A stretch of DNA of 64,000 bases from Lophium mytilinum (lineage: Eukaryota), in assembly GCA_010093605.1 (NCBI GenBank), contig MU004185.1:1385334-1449333 (forward strand), given 5' to 3'. The notes under the pieces are model-generated. The model saw nothing but the letters and a program-made list of their open reading frames with translations. It made no database searches and had not been told where the DNA came from. A program made the position numbers and the translations under genes. Shown here piece after piece: positions 1-11,856 of the stretch. How positions within the stretch are numbered: position 1 is the first letter of the stretch; the number at the start of each line of letters is the position of its first letter.

Positions 1-1319
1 GGCAGACGAGAGTCCGGCGAGTCGTCACTCACCAGCCGGGAAGAGCTCGTGTGTGCCCTGTTTGAGAGTCGGATGTGCCCGCAAGGGTGCTCAAGGTGAA
101 ACACGCGCGCAAGGAATAGTGATGTCGGGAGCAAGGATGCAAGAAAAGCACATGACATCGGCCGATGGGAGGCAGTTGATACTGGGAAGAGCATTGTATT
201 CCTGTACATAGAGAAGAGAAAGAATCTATGAATAGGAGAAACTTATCGAAACTAGTGATGCTGTTTGGGACGCATTATTTACAGTTTGGATCAAACGGTG
301 AGGGTCTCGGGCCTGCAGGATGGGCAACCTTGTTGCCGCAGCGACTCCCTCACGGCTCGACACGTCAATGGTGAGGCATGGAGGCTGAGCATCGTGACGT
401 TTGCAAGGCGATCCAACCAGCATAGTGCCGTCTACCCATTGGCGGCCGCAGGATATCGTGGATTCGTGAGGATGATAGCGGCCGTTGGCGGATGGACATG
501 CGCAGAGCCCACCCCACATGCGGCGGAGTGCATGCCGTCTCTCGTGCCGCGCGTGGCATCCAACGGCGTGACGGGTGATTTGGATGGGCTGTCGTACCGA
601 GCTTTGCCTGTGCAACTCTGGTGGCCCAGACGAGGCTGTCGCCGTGGTTTGCGCAACGGCAGACAGGCGGCCGGGTCGAGCGGCTCCATCGAATGGTTCG
701 AACAGCGGGCCGTCTGGGCATTCCTATACGGCAACTGCTTCATATGTACGATCGGGGAGCGCGCAGTGGAGCGCGTCTTGTCAGCTCGCACGCAGCAGAT
801 CTCATCTTAACGGCGGTGCGTTCGGCCAGCGAGAGGTCGCAGAGCGGGATCCCCTAGCAGGTCAAGCTTTTTAGCGTCCCTAAAGCAAATTAGCGACTTC
901 GGTCTGCGTTCCAATAGTTGCCCAGGCAAAATCCACAGCTTCACCCGCCCGTGCGACAGCGAGCCCCGAGCAGCCCCTTCACCTCCTCAAACACTCTGCA
1001 GGAGGGCTTCACGATCCTCAAACACTCTCGCTCGCTGTCCTCACCCCAAGTCACTCGTTCTAGCATTGCATTAGCCTCGTCGATAGCGTTCCTGCGCCCG
1101 CTGCAGTGAGCTAGGTACCGGCTCCTCACATCCCGCGCCACCACCAATCACCACATTCGACCCGTCTGCAACACTCCGCATCCTTGGAAAGCGTCATGCC
1201 CGCCTGGGCTTCCTCCTGACCGTCGTCTCTGGCCTGGCTCTTATCCTCCGACATCACCACCAACACCCACACCTCTACGGAACCCCCTCCTCCCACATCG
1301 CCGTCGCCCGGCTCAGGCA

Positions 1320-4300
1320 ATGAGGATGCTCTCCTCGTCGCTGGCCTCCCGGGCGAGCACTATTGCGACCCTCATCGCGTCACTCTGCCTTCTCCGTGGA
1401 GCGACCGCGTTCAATTTTGCTCCCATAGCTTCGCCCGATCTCGACTTGAAGAATCTCGGCCGCGTCGCCCTCGCCGGCGACTTCGACTCAATCTCACTCT
1501 ACCAATTCGAAGGACAGAACGAAAATGCCGCATCGCCGAGCGCTGGCTCGCTGCTCACCCGATTCCCCAATGGCGTCTTCACGTCACTGCAGGAAACCGA
1601 CGGCGAGATCCGCGCAATGTGCCCGTTCATCTCCAATGGTACACTGCAGGGTATAGTCTTCGGAGGAAACTTCACCAGCGTCGGCGGCGTCGCTGCGCAA
1701 GGCATCGCCCTTCTCAACGTCGACAACGCCAAAATTACCGCTCTCCCTGGCCTCAATGGATCTGTCAACGCCCTCATGTGCGACAAAGATACTAGTAGAG
1801 TCTACGTTGGAGGATCTTTCACTGGCGGCGGTGCGCAGAACGCAATTGTGTGGATAACGGACTGGACAAACATGCCATTCTCAGGATTTAATGGACCGGT
1901 TACGTCTATCGCAAAGGCTTCCAATGGCAACGTTATCTTCGGCGGAACGTTTGATGGATTGGGAAACACCACGACGCCGAAAGAGAAGGATGTCCAGGTC
2001 ATTCCGGTCAGCTCCGCCAATATCAGCGCCGTCGCAACGACGACGACCGCCGGCTTCACCGATCCACGAAACATCATCTGCAAGACTGGGTCACAGGATG
2101 GCCCAGGAAACACCTGGCTGTTGCAAGACAACGCTCCCGGGTTCTGGCAGGCGAACTTTGGATTTGGCTTCCAGCCGTCCAAGCTGCGTCTCTACAACAC
2201 TGTGCAGTCTGATCGAGGTACCAAGGAGTGGCGCTTCACTGCACTCCCTGACGGTGGCATCATGAACTTTACCTACACTAATACCGCTGGCGAGACGGCA
2301 TACTGCGATTCTAGATGTCCACTACCGCAGAACAACAACACCTTCCAGGACTTCCACTTCGTCAATACAGTTGGGATGAACAGCTTCCGCATCGACATCT
2401 CTGCCTGGTACGGGAAAGGAGCAGGGCTCAGTGGCATTGAGTTGTTTGAGAATGACATCTACTCGTTCGCTGTCAACGATTTCAACGAGCCTCTTTGCGA
2501 TGGTGTCAGTAGTACTGGAGCGAGCTCATCGTCTACTGGCCCCTGGAGTGTCTCCCCATCTGGACAAAGCAACGCTCAATACTTGACCGCCACCTTGCCA
2601 GGACCGAACATCACTGCCGACTCCGCCGAGGTCGTTTTCAAGCCTGACATCAAACAGTCTGGCAACTACACTGTCACCATCTTCACTCCCGGATGCACCA
2701 TAGACGGCAACACCTGTGCAACTCGTGGCCGGGTCAACGTCACGGGCAATATGGCTGCCTCGACTAGGTCGGGTGTGCAGCCATTCCAGTCCGTTCAGCT
2801 CTTCCAAACCAATATGTTCGACAAGTACGATCAGATCTATTACGGTTACGTGGATGCTAGCAACGACGCTTTCCGCCCTACTATTACGCTTACTCCCGTT
2901 GCTGGCCAGACAGGACCCTTGACAGTTGTAGCCCAGAGAGTCCGGTTCGAATTGAACTCCCCAACCACAGGCGGCATAAACGGCTTGTTCGAATATGAGG
3001 CAAACAAGCAGGTTGTCAGCAGCGACTTTTCTACTTCCGCTATTGACGTTGCCGGCGCCGGTTTGAGTCCTAGTCAGGCTCCAGTCACGTCTCTTATTGT
3101 AGATGGTGACACCTTGTACGTCGGCGGCAACTTCACAGGCGACGGATTCAGCAACATCTTCTCAGTTAGTGGCGGAAATGCAACCAGCCTTCCCGGAAAA
3201 GGCCTGGACTCAGAAGTTTTGACGTTGTACCAGAATGCTAGCACCCTTTATGTCGGCGGTAACTTTACCAATACCGAGGATGGCAAGAGTATCGGCCTGA
3301 AGGGCGTTGCTGCGTATTCGACCACTACCAAGGCATGGCAGCCTCTTGGCGGCGGTGTCAATGGAGTAGTCATGTATCTGGTGCCTGTCCCTCTCAACTT
3401 CACTGGAGAGAACGCCGCAGAAGAATGCCTGTATGTCAGCGGTACTTTCGACAGCGTGTTCGGCTTCGGCAATGACAAGACGTTCTCGGCGGACAATTCC
3501 GCCATTTGGGTCCCGTCTCGCCAGAATTGGCTACACAACCTCAACCTCACCACTATCTCCATCTCCGGCGTGCTTATGGCCCAATCCGAAATTCCTGGCT
3601 CCGCACCAATCTTCTCTGGATCCGTCAGCTCCCAAGCCTTTGGCGCGAGTGGTGCAATACAGCTTACTTCGGGCAAATCTATGGGACTCGGACAGTACCC
3701 GATCAGCGTTCAACCACAAAGTTCGTCCGTCTCGTTGCGCAAGCGAGCTATCAATGGCCAGCAAACTATTTCTGGGGTTGTGACTGGTCTCATTTACACG
3801 GAAAACAACCTGAATATCACGCTCTTGGCTGGCCACTTTGCCGCCACTGGATCTGATGGTGCCAATATCACAAACTTGTTATTCGTCAATGGCTCAAACT
3901 CCGACAGTGTTACTGGAATGGGTGACGGTATTGACTCGGATTCCGTATTCCTGTCCCTCGCAGCTTATGGAACAACTCTGTTTGCGGGAGGTGTCATATC
4001 CGGGAAGGTTGATAACAACGACATCGAGGGATTGGTTCTTTACGATCTCAACAACGCCACATATGCCAACACTCAGCCCGCTGGCCTTCAGGGCAGCGAC
4101 GCCGCAGTGACCGCTATTGCACCCAAGCCGGATTCCAAGGACGTTTACATCGGCGGAAACTTCCTGTCGGCGGGAGCTTTAAGTTGCCCATCTGTGTGCA
4201 TCTGGAGTACCGAACGCAGTCAGTGGGTGTCGCCTGGGGATGGTCTCTCAGGCAACGTCTCTTCCATGACCTGGATCTCCAACAACAACCTTCTTATCGC

Positions 4301-5151
4301 TGGAAACCTTACCGTTAATGGTAATACCACAACCCTGGTAACATTCAACGCTCAGAAGCATGAATTTACCGAGTTCTCTGGAGCTAGCACCGTTCCTGGT
4401 GCAGTTACTGCGTTCTGCCCCGCAAACAACGATGGCTCGCAGTTCTGGGTCGCTGGCACCGCTAGCAACGACACGGCTTTCCTGGAGAAGTTCGATGGTG
4501 AGAAATGGGTCCCAGCTGCTACTGGCCTCGGTGCAGGTACCGACATCCGCGGTCTCCAAGTCCTCTCTCTATCCAAGGATCACGACAAGACCGATCTCCT
4601 TGAGAATGACCAGATTCTACTTGTCTTAGGACAGGTCAACGTCACCGGCTTCGGCAACGCATCTGCGGTATTGTTTAATGGAACGGCCTTTACCCCCTTC
4701 ATCCTGTCGAATACGGGTACCAATAGCCCAGGAAGCCTATCCCAAGCCTTCGTAGAGAACCCTCAGAACTTCTTCAGCACCAAGAGTAGGTTCACCATTT
4801 TCGTCAACGACTACGATCGGAGGAGCCTCTAGTCACATTTCTTACTCCCTTATCCCCCTTCCCATGCACCCCCATGCCCAATGTATTATAGCTCTGGAAC
4901 CTCGACTAACCGTCTTAGAAAAACATCTTGCCCTCGGCTTCGTCGTCCTCATCGGCCTGGCTATCGCTCTTGCCATCACCTTCCTCGTTGTCGTCCTCGG
5001 CATTCTCGCCGAACGACTGCGCAAAAAGCAGCAAGGCTACGTGCCGGCCAACCAACAGATGTTCGACAAGAGCAGCAACCTCAATCGGGTTCCGCCGGAA
5101 CACTTGTTCGGCACGCTACACGGCAACGGCAACGGGCGAGGTCCACTCTGA
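1320..5151 (+). CDS. RAX2: Rax2 cortical polarity/morphogenesis protein (signal peptide, large beta-rich ectodomain, C-terminal TM helix)
   Basis: 1170-aa ORF with signal peptide and repeated VGGNFT-type motifs. Intron 4786-4918 (GTAGGT...CTAAC...TAG) joins it to a TM exon 'KHLALGFVVLIGLAIALAITFLVVVLGILAERLRKKQQGYVPA'. Confidence 0.9.
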
Positions 5152-5611
5152 TGCTAAGGAACTACTTGAAGCATCTCTCTTCTTTACGACGTCACGGGCT
5201 TGTGGGGGGTTTTTCCGACACTTTGTACAAAGTTTCCGTCACGGAGTTTCAATGGTACGGAACCGGGGCGCACCCGGAATTGGGAGGGACGAGAAAAGTC
5301 CTCTCTTGTCGATCGATTTTGGTTTCCCATATGGTACGTATGGGTGTGCATCTAGAGGCGTTCTGCGTGGTTTTTATCTTGCCCAATATGCCCCACAACA
5401 TCCCCTGGCGGTTTGCTGGATTCGTGGTTCCGCTGGAAGGCGGTGGATGGTTAGGAACAGTGGTTCGGTTGGTGGGTTGCAAATTCTCTGGACTGGCGAC
5501 CGGAAAACAATCCTCGACCAACTTTCTCCTGGACCGGCGACTTTACAGCTTCGTCGCATGCATAGCGACTCCCCCTCTACTCGACTTTCCCCTTTTTTCT
5601 TGTGTGTTGTT

Positions 5612-5628
5612 TTCTCTCTCTCTCTCTC
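5612..5628. repeat. (CT)n microsatellite
   Basis: Run of tc dinucleotides downstream of RAX2. Confidence 0.7.
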
Positions 5629-6374
5629 GCCCACAGCAGCCTTTTTTGGTCTTGCTCTTCTTGATACCACGGATACGATTGCCTACCCGAAACTCGAATC
5701 GCACCGACTATACTCCGCCGTTTTAATGTGTTACTTTCCAATACCTTTTCCGGGCGATGCGATGGATGGGAGGATGGCAAGTAGGTTGGATGGATGGTGG
5801 ATGAGTGGCGATGAGTCGGTGGATGTAATTAATTGGGCGGGAGATGGGGATATGCGGTGTTAGAGCGACGTCTCGCTCTGACTGGGGAGGGATGAGAGCG
5901 AAGTGGCGTGCATGGGTTCCTTAGCTATGGGGGGTATGCTAAGGGTAGATAGCATTGAATGGATATTCAATGGGAAAACTTTATATGAGTGGTGTACTTG
6001 GTGTGGTGTTCGTGTTGGTGATGCTTGCGTGCTTTTAGGGAGTCAGCCCGCGAAGAGCAGACTACTACAACTGGAGTCTCGGAGGGAGAGGTGCCCACGT
6101 GAGGGCAACAAGAGATCACAGTCGTGCAGACTTCTCCTTTGTTACCATTTACCGTTTAGTCACGTGTCCTCTAATCAGCTACTGCTTACAAAACGTATGG
6201 GACGGTGACAATAGTGTACGTTCGTCTGGCCAAGCGATATATCAAAGACTGAAGTATCTACACCACGAAGCAAAAACGCCCTCTCCAATGCTCCCGATCA
6301 AAAAACTCCGGTCATGGTGTTCCCTTCCAATGCCCGAAGCGCCTTTCATAATGCTTTGCACATATCCATCTAAT

Positions 6375-8375
6375 CTAAAGCTCATCCCGCCTCGGAAACT
6401 TAAACTCCCAGCTCCGCGGCCGCATCGGCAGCCCGAGCCAGTAGTCCCAAACGCGGGACATCTCAATAATGAAGATCTTGAACCTATAACCAGTAATGGA
6501 ATTGTCAGTTTTGCGTTCCACTGACTTTTTGAAAGATTGTGCCGACGGTGGGATATCGGTAGAAACTCACACTTTCTCGGGTATCGCCAACCAGCTCTTG
6601 AACACGTAGATGAAGGCGCGGGAGACGAGATCGTACTCCTCCCAAAACTCCTCCATGAACGTGAGGCCCGCGCGGTTCGAGCGCGTGAAGTCAGGGAAGC
6701 CATCATCATCACCCTCGGGCTCCTGCGCGTCCTTCTCCGCGTCGACGTCGAGGGAGAGCTTTGCTTTGACGGCTTCCGCTTCCTCCGTCGGCCACGCCTC
6801 GACCGTCTTGACGCCGTCGCGCTCGTCGATCATGCGGCGGAAGTGCTTGATCGCCGTCAGGCTGTGGGAAAGGCGGTCCATGGTGTTGAGCAGCGCGACG
6901 AGCTCGGTGCGACGCAGCGGCGGGTCTTTGCTGGAGTCGTTCTCGTCGAACTCGAAGAGGACTTTGAGCGCGGTGCCGTAGCCGGCTGTTTGCACTTTGC
7001 CCCATAGCCGGCACTTGTCGCAGCCGACGCAGTCCATGATGCGCGATACGTTGCGGAAGCGGTTGCGGAAGTCTTCTTTCAGCGTGACGCCGGCCCCCGG
7101 CTCGCGGAACATGACGGACTCATCGAAGATGGCGGCGCCGGAGGGCATGGCGGAGGCGAGGCGGAGCACCATGGCTTTGGTGATTTGGTCCTGCTCGGGG
7201 TCGGCCGAGCAGAACTCGTAGTCGGCGACGTGCTGTTTTATCTTGCCGACGGCGCGCAGGATGAGGGCGTAGTTGAAGTAGAGGTTCGAGATGCGGTCGG
7301 GGAATTTGTGCAGGCGTTGTTCGTAGCAGGCGAGGTTGGGGGACCATTCGCCCGTGGTTTGGTTGAGGTAGTCCCAGCATAGGTGGGAGGAGATGGAGGC
7401 GTGCATGCCGCTGACTACGCGGTAGAAGACGCGCTTCTCGACGCAGTCGTCGTCGAATTCTATGGGTTCGAAGCCGGACGAGCCGCCCTGCGCGATGGCG
7501 GATTGGACGCTGGCTTGCACGCTTTGCTCGCGTAGGATGTTCCCTAGAGCATTCGCGGCTTCGAAATTGGGTCCTCCAAAGCCCCCGAGGAGGTTGTTGC
7601 CGCTGGATAGTTCCGCAGGTTTCGCTGGCTTGGAGAAGCAGTTTTCGCGGTATATGGCTTCCCAGACCTGCTGAGACCCAGCACCGGCATAACCAGTGAA
7701 GCGCTCCGGATTGTCCTTCAGGCTCACGTAGTCGCCTTTTGCGCTTGCCCCCTCATCGTCCGGCACGCAGAAGTCTCGCTCGTCGCATTCGTCGTCGTAT
7801 TCCACCACACAGCTCTCTCCAACATTTTCTCCCAGCTTGCCCTGTAAAGGCTTGGCTTTACGCTCTTTCTGCTGTCTCTTGCCAGGGTGCTGGGCTGTTG
7901 GTCCCTCCAGTCTTCCCAACTCATGTGCCCGCCAGACTAGCGGAATGTCCTCTTCATTCTCTAACGTATTCACAGCACAGGCGCGGTTCCCACACATGCC
8001 ATTCTCGTCGGACCAGAAGGGGCATTTCTTATTAAACAGGTTCAGGCGGTAGTGGGAGAAGAAGTCGGTATTCTGGGTAATCGAGTGGAGGTACGGGTGG
8101 ATGGCGTCGTTGAGGCTCTCGAGGGTGGAGTAGGAGGCACAAGCATCAGACACAATAGCCCCAGGTTCAAACTGCGGCACACGTTTAGGACTCTTCCTCT
8201 GGATCTGGATCTGGATCTCCACGGCGCCCGCGGGCGCGGGGCACGTGAAGGAGAGGTTGCTTACTTCGCACACGTTCGGTGGGAGCGGATGTGACTTGGT
8301 GGCATGCGATGCCGCGCGCGACGTCCCAAGCAGTGCGAACACTGCCAGGTAGAAGCCGTGCGCTGCGGTTCGCAT
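6375..8375 (-). CDS. ERO1: ER oxidoreductin Ero1
   Basis: Signal peptide, CPFW...CGNRAC shuttle region, NPERFTGY, and the CVGCDKC (CxxCxxC) active site. Probable intron near 8165-8260. Terminal intron 6484-6570 adds an exon ending ...FPRRDEL*. Confidence 0.95.
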
Positions 8376-9001
8376 GGTGCTGTTGCTGTCCGAGCCAGGC
8401 CTTGAGGTACTCCAGGTATTAGCAGAGGTCCATCCAGTCCAGAGTCCGAGGCGGAGAGTCCTACTTACAGGCAGAGCACTCTGATCGAATATATGTATAT
8501 TCGGCGTTTACGAGCGGGTCGGAGGGATTGGCCAATCGCCTTATTGAAAGTTCGGGGTCAAAGAGGACAAATGGGGGTGCTAGGAAGTGGGTGTTGAGGA
8601 CATGGGCGTGGCGGTCGAGACAAAGGAAGGAGGCTATTCAAGGGCAATATAAATTAATTGAGGGAGCGATACATGACACGGGGAGGACAGCAATATGTTA
8701 GTGAAACTCTTAGAGTGATTATATTTGGAGCTATACAGGGGCGGCTACAGATTGGAAATCAGGCCATGCTGTTGGTTTGGAATCTGTCCTTTTGCGCCAC
8801 CACGCACCGCCACCGGACGAGATTGATGCGCGGAGGGTGGCGGCGGGAAGCGATCCATGTCTTTCAGACCCTTGCAATATCAGACGACGAAGGGCCTATC
8901 GAATGCTTTAAGTGACACGTTGGTATGCACCCATAAACTTGGCTCACTTTTCTACCATCCTGAAATCCCTGGGATAGACCAGCCCGAACCTTTAACAGAA
9001 A

Positions 9002-9668
9002 ATGGCACAAGAAGCACCACCATCCACTGCTCCATGGCACGCTGCATTCCCCTCTCCACAGCACACTGCGCCGCTCGTCACACGCGAAGACGCTCTTGCA
9101 GAGCTCGGGTCGGGAAGACTGCTTCTCGTTGACGTGCGCCGGACCGACTACGAGGGGGGGACTATCAAAGGGAGTCTTAATCTGCCGGCACACAGTTTCT
9201 ACTTGAACCGGGCCGCGCTCTACGACCTCTGTACGCGAGCTGGAGTTAAGGATGTGGCGTTCTATTGCGGTACGTATTCTGCTTAGGCTCTCATAAGGCT
9301 GAATAGGCTCGAGAGCCTCATCGGCACGTGGTGGCTCGTGGAGGGCGCTTGTGTTACCTTCTAGAACTATTCTATGAGACAAAGAATGAAGCGGGAGTTG
9401 CAATACACCATCGGAGGCTTGTCATGGGTGGCATTCCGGATATCTGTTGTCCCCACGCTGAAGCTTGGCCATAGGTTCGTCCAACGGTCGAGGCCCCCGG
9501 TGTTCGGGCTGGTTCGCGGACTTCATATCCGAAAAGGGGGGCGAATCGTCTATACGGGCGTTGACTCTAGATGGTGGGATCAAGGGCTGGGTCAATGCAG
9601 GTGGAAAGTTCCTCGAGAGCATGGAGGGATTTGAGCCGGAATATTGGAAGCAGTTTGCACAAGAATGA
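9002..9668 (+). CDS. Cdc25-like rhodanese-fold phosphatase / arsenate reductase (Acr2/Ibp1-like)
   Basis: Two exons joined by intron 9270-9474 give LVDVRRTDYEGGTIKGSLNLP...FYCGSSNGRGPR (CX5R loop)...LDGGIKGW. Confidence 0.85.
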
Positions 9669-10233
9669 GCCACTTGTTAGATGCTACTCTATCCTAATCA
9701 ACGTGCCTCAACTAAAAGATTCCTTCGAACACATAGCTTCAAGATGACGCAGGTACCGTTGATTAGAAAAGACGTCCGTGAGCTGACTACACTTGCGGAA
9801 CCTACAGCAGCCCCTAATTGTAGTAGTCTGTACGACTTTATCCACATCATTTCAGGATAGCGCTAACTGAGGTGATCTGGCGATATTACCATTTGCTCTA
9901 ATGCAGAACCTCCATCTCGCTCAAAATTGTAAAAGTCAATCAAGGCTTTTTATAAAGTTCCAGACACTTCCACACAAGATCGTAGCTTGCTCAATTTTCT
10001 TGAGGACGGCACGAGCCCTTCTTGAGGTTAACGGATTCAACTACCATAACTCTAATCTATAGATTTCTGTAGTGAATCAGATTGTATTCAAGCGATATGG
10101 TGAGCTGATGTCAGGGTCCAAAAGGCCCAAGCTTCGACCTCACCCCTGTGTTCAGCCTCGCAGATCATAAGCAACATCTCAATTGAGCTGCACACAAGAC
10201 GGCCGTCAGATTCATCCTTCAGCCCCATTCTCA

Positions 10234-11493
10234 ATGGCTCTCCCCTCCTCGCAAGTGCCTTCGCTAGGCCATGTTCTCGTAACGGGCGGCTGCGGCTTCC
10301 TGGGCCACCACATCGTCGATCTCCTGCTGGAACGTCACCCTCAGACCCGCGTCTCCGTACTCGACCTCCGCACGACCTCGAACCGCAGCTCGAACCCCAA
10401 TGTCTTCTACTACGATGGCGATCTCACAGACAAGGATGCGACCAAGGCGCTCTTCCAGAAATTGAAGCCTGAGGTGGTGATACATACCGCAAGCCCTCAC
10501 CACAGTGCAAAAAATGATATCCTGTATAAGGTGAATGTGGATGGGACGAAGGCGCTACTGGAGGTGTCCCAAGAGACGGGTGTCAAGACCTTCGTGCATA
10601 CGAGCTCTGCAAGCGTCATACATAACCCCGAGGAAGAACTAGTCAATGCGGACGAGACATATCCATTGATCGCGGGAAAGGAACAACCTGAATATTATAC
10701 CAGCACAAAGGTGGGTAACATCCCCTGTTATTCATTGCGCATTCGCTGTGGTATTGCTGGCTTCTACTAGTCTCTCGTAAAGCACATTACATTGTCATAG
10801 GTATCTCATACGTAGAGCGCTAATTGAACACAACATCAGGTCTGGGCCGAATCAGCCGTCCTCGCTGCCAACCGTACTCCTGCCTCTTTCCTCACCTGCG
10901 CTATCCGTCCTGCTGGAATATTCGGCGAAGGCGACGTCCAATTGCTGCCCAAGATGCTGAGCGCCTACTTCAAAGGCCAGCATAAGTTTCAGATCGGCGA
11001 GAATAAGAACCTCTTCGATTTCACCTACGTGAAGAACGTCGCTCACGCGCATCTCCTCGCCGTTGTCGCTCTCCTTACTACCCACAAAAAGCTTCCATCG
11101 ATTCCTCTCGACACAGAGCGGGTGGATGGTGAGGCATTCCTAGTCACCAACGGCCAGCCAGTATACTTCTGGGACTTTCCTCGCCAGGCATGGAAGGAGG
11201 CGGGCAACACGCTGCCTATTGAATCCGTCTGGCACTTGAGTTTCGGGACTATGATGGTGGTGGGAAGCTTGCTGGAGTCGGCATGCTGGCTACTGGGAAA
11301 GACGCCGAATCTCAACAGGCAACAGGTTCAATACAGCTGCTGGACGCGATATTACAACATTGACAAGGCGAAAAGGAGGTTGGGTTACAAACCTATCGTG
11401 CCGCTCGAGGAGGGGATCAAGAGGGGAGTGAGGTACATCTTAGAGCAAAGGGAGAAAGAGGCAAACGGGCTTGCAGCGAAGAAGAACTTATAA
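10234..11493 (+). CDS. ERG26: Sterol C-3 dehydrogenase/C-4 decarboxylase (3-beta-HSD family)
   Basis: VLVTGGCGFLG NAD-binding motif, YTSTK (YxxxK), IRPAGIFGEGD, FDFTYVKNVAHAH, GEAFLVTN. Intron 10711-10839. Confidence 0.9.
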
Positions 11494-11856
11494 GCTCTAC
11501 TATACGAATTTAGTGTTATGACAATCGGCTTGCTTGTAATGTACGTAATGGGAAGGGTGTGTGTGTGCATAGTACGTTCTACATCTCTATTACCCGTATA
11601 ATGCTAGTATGTATGTCATAGAAAAGCATTTCTTTGGGGAAATTCATCGCGTGTCTGTGAAAGCTCTTACGCATCGAATTTCAAGAAAGTAATATAGTTA
11701 TCATTCAACACTGTTCTAACGCCATTTCAACTTTGTGAGAGCTCCAGCATCAAAATACTACCCCGGATCCTACGTATGTACGTAAAAATGACAGAGGGTG
11801 ATGTGTATCCCCTTCTCTACCTCTTCTTTCGATTCTGTGCCGCGACTTGACTATTA

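Noticed and set aside
226..1147. Overlapping ORFs on both strands upstream of RAX2
   Set aside because: No recognisable domain, mostly non-ATG starts, mutually overlapping; looks like GC-rich promoter/UTR sequence.
4881..5863. 281-aa and 311-aa ORFs overlapping the RAX2 last exon
   Set aside because: Off-frame read-through into the 3' UTR and a CT microsatellite; composition is not protein-like.
9270..9474. 205-nt intron with tctcata...tatgaga pairing and an ANANNA-like box (possible H/ACA snoRNA)
   Set aside because: No terminal ACA box or convincing second hairpin; cannot be supported without a covariance search.
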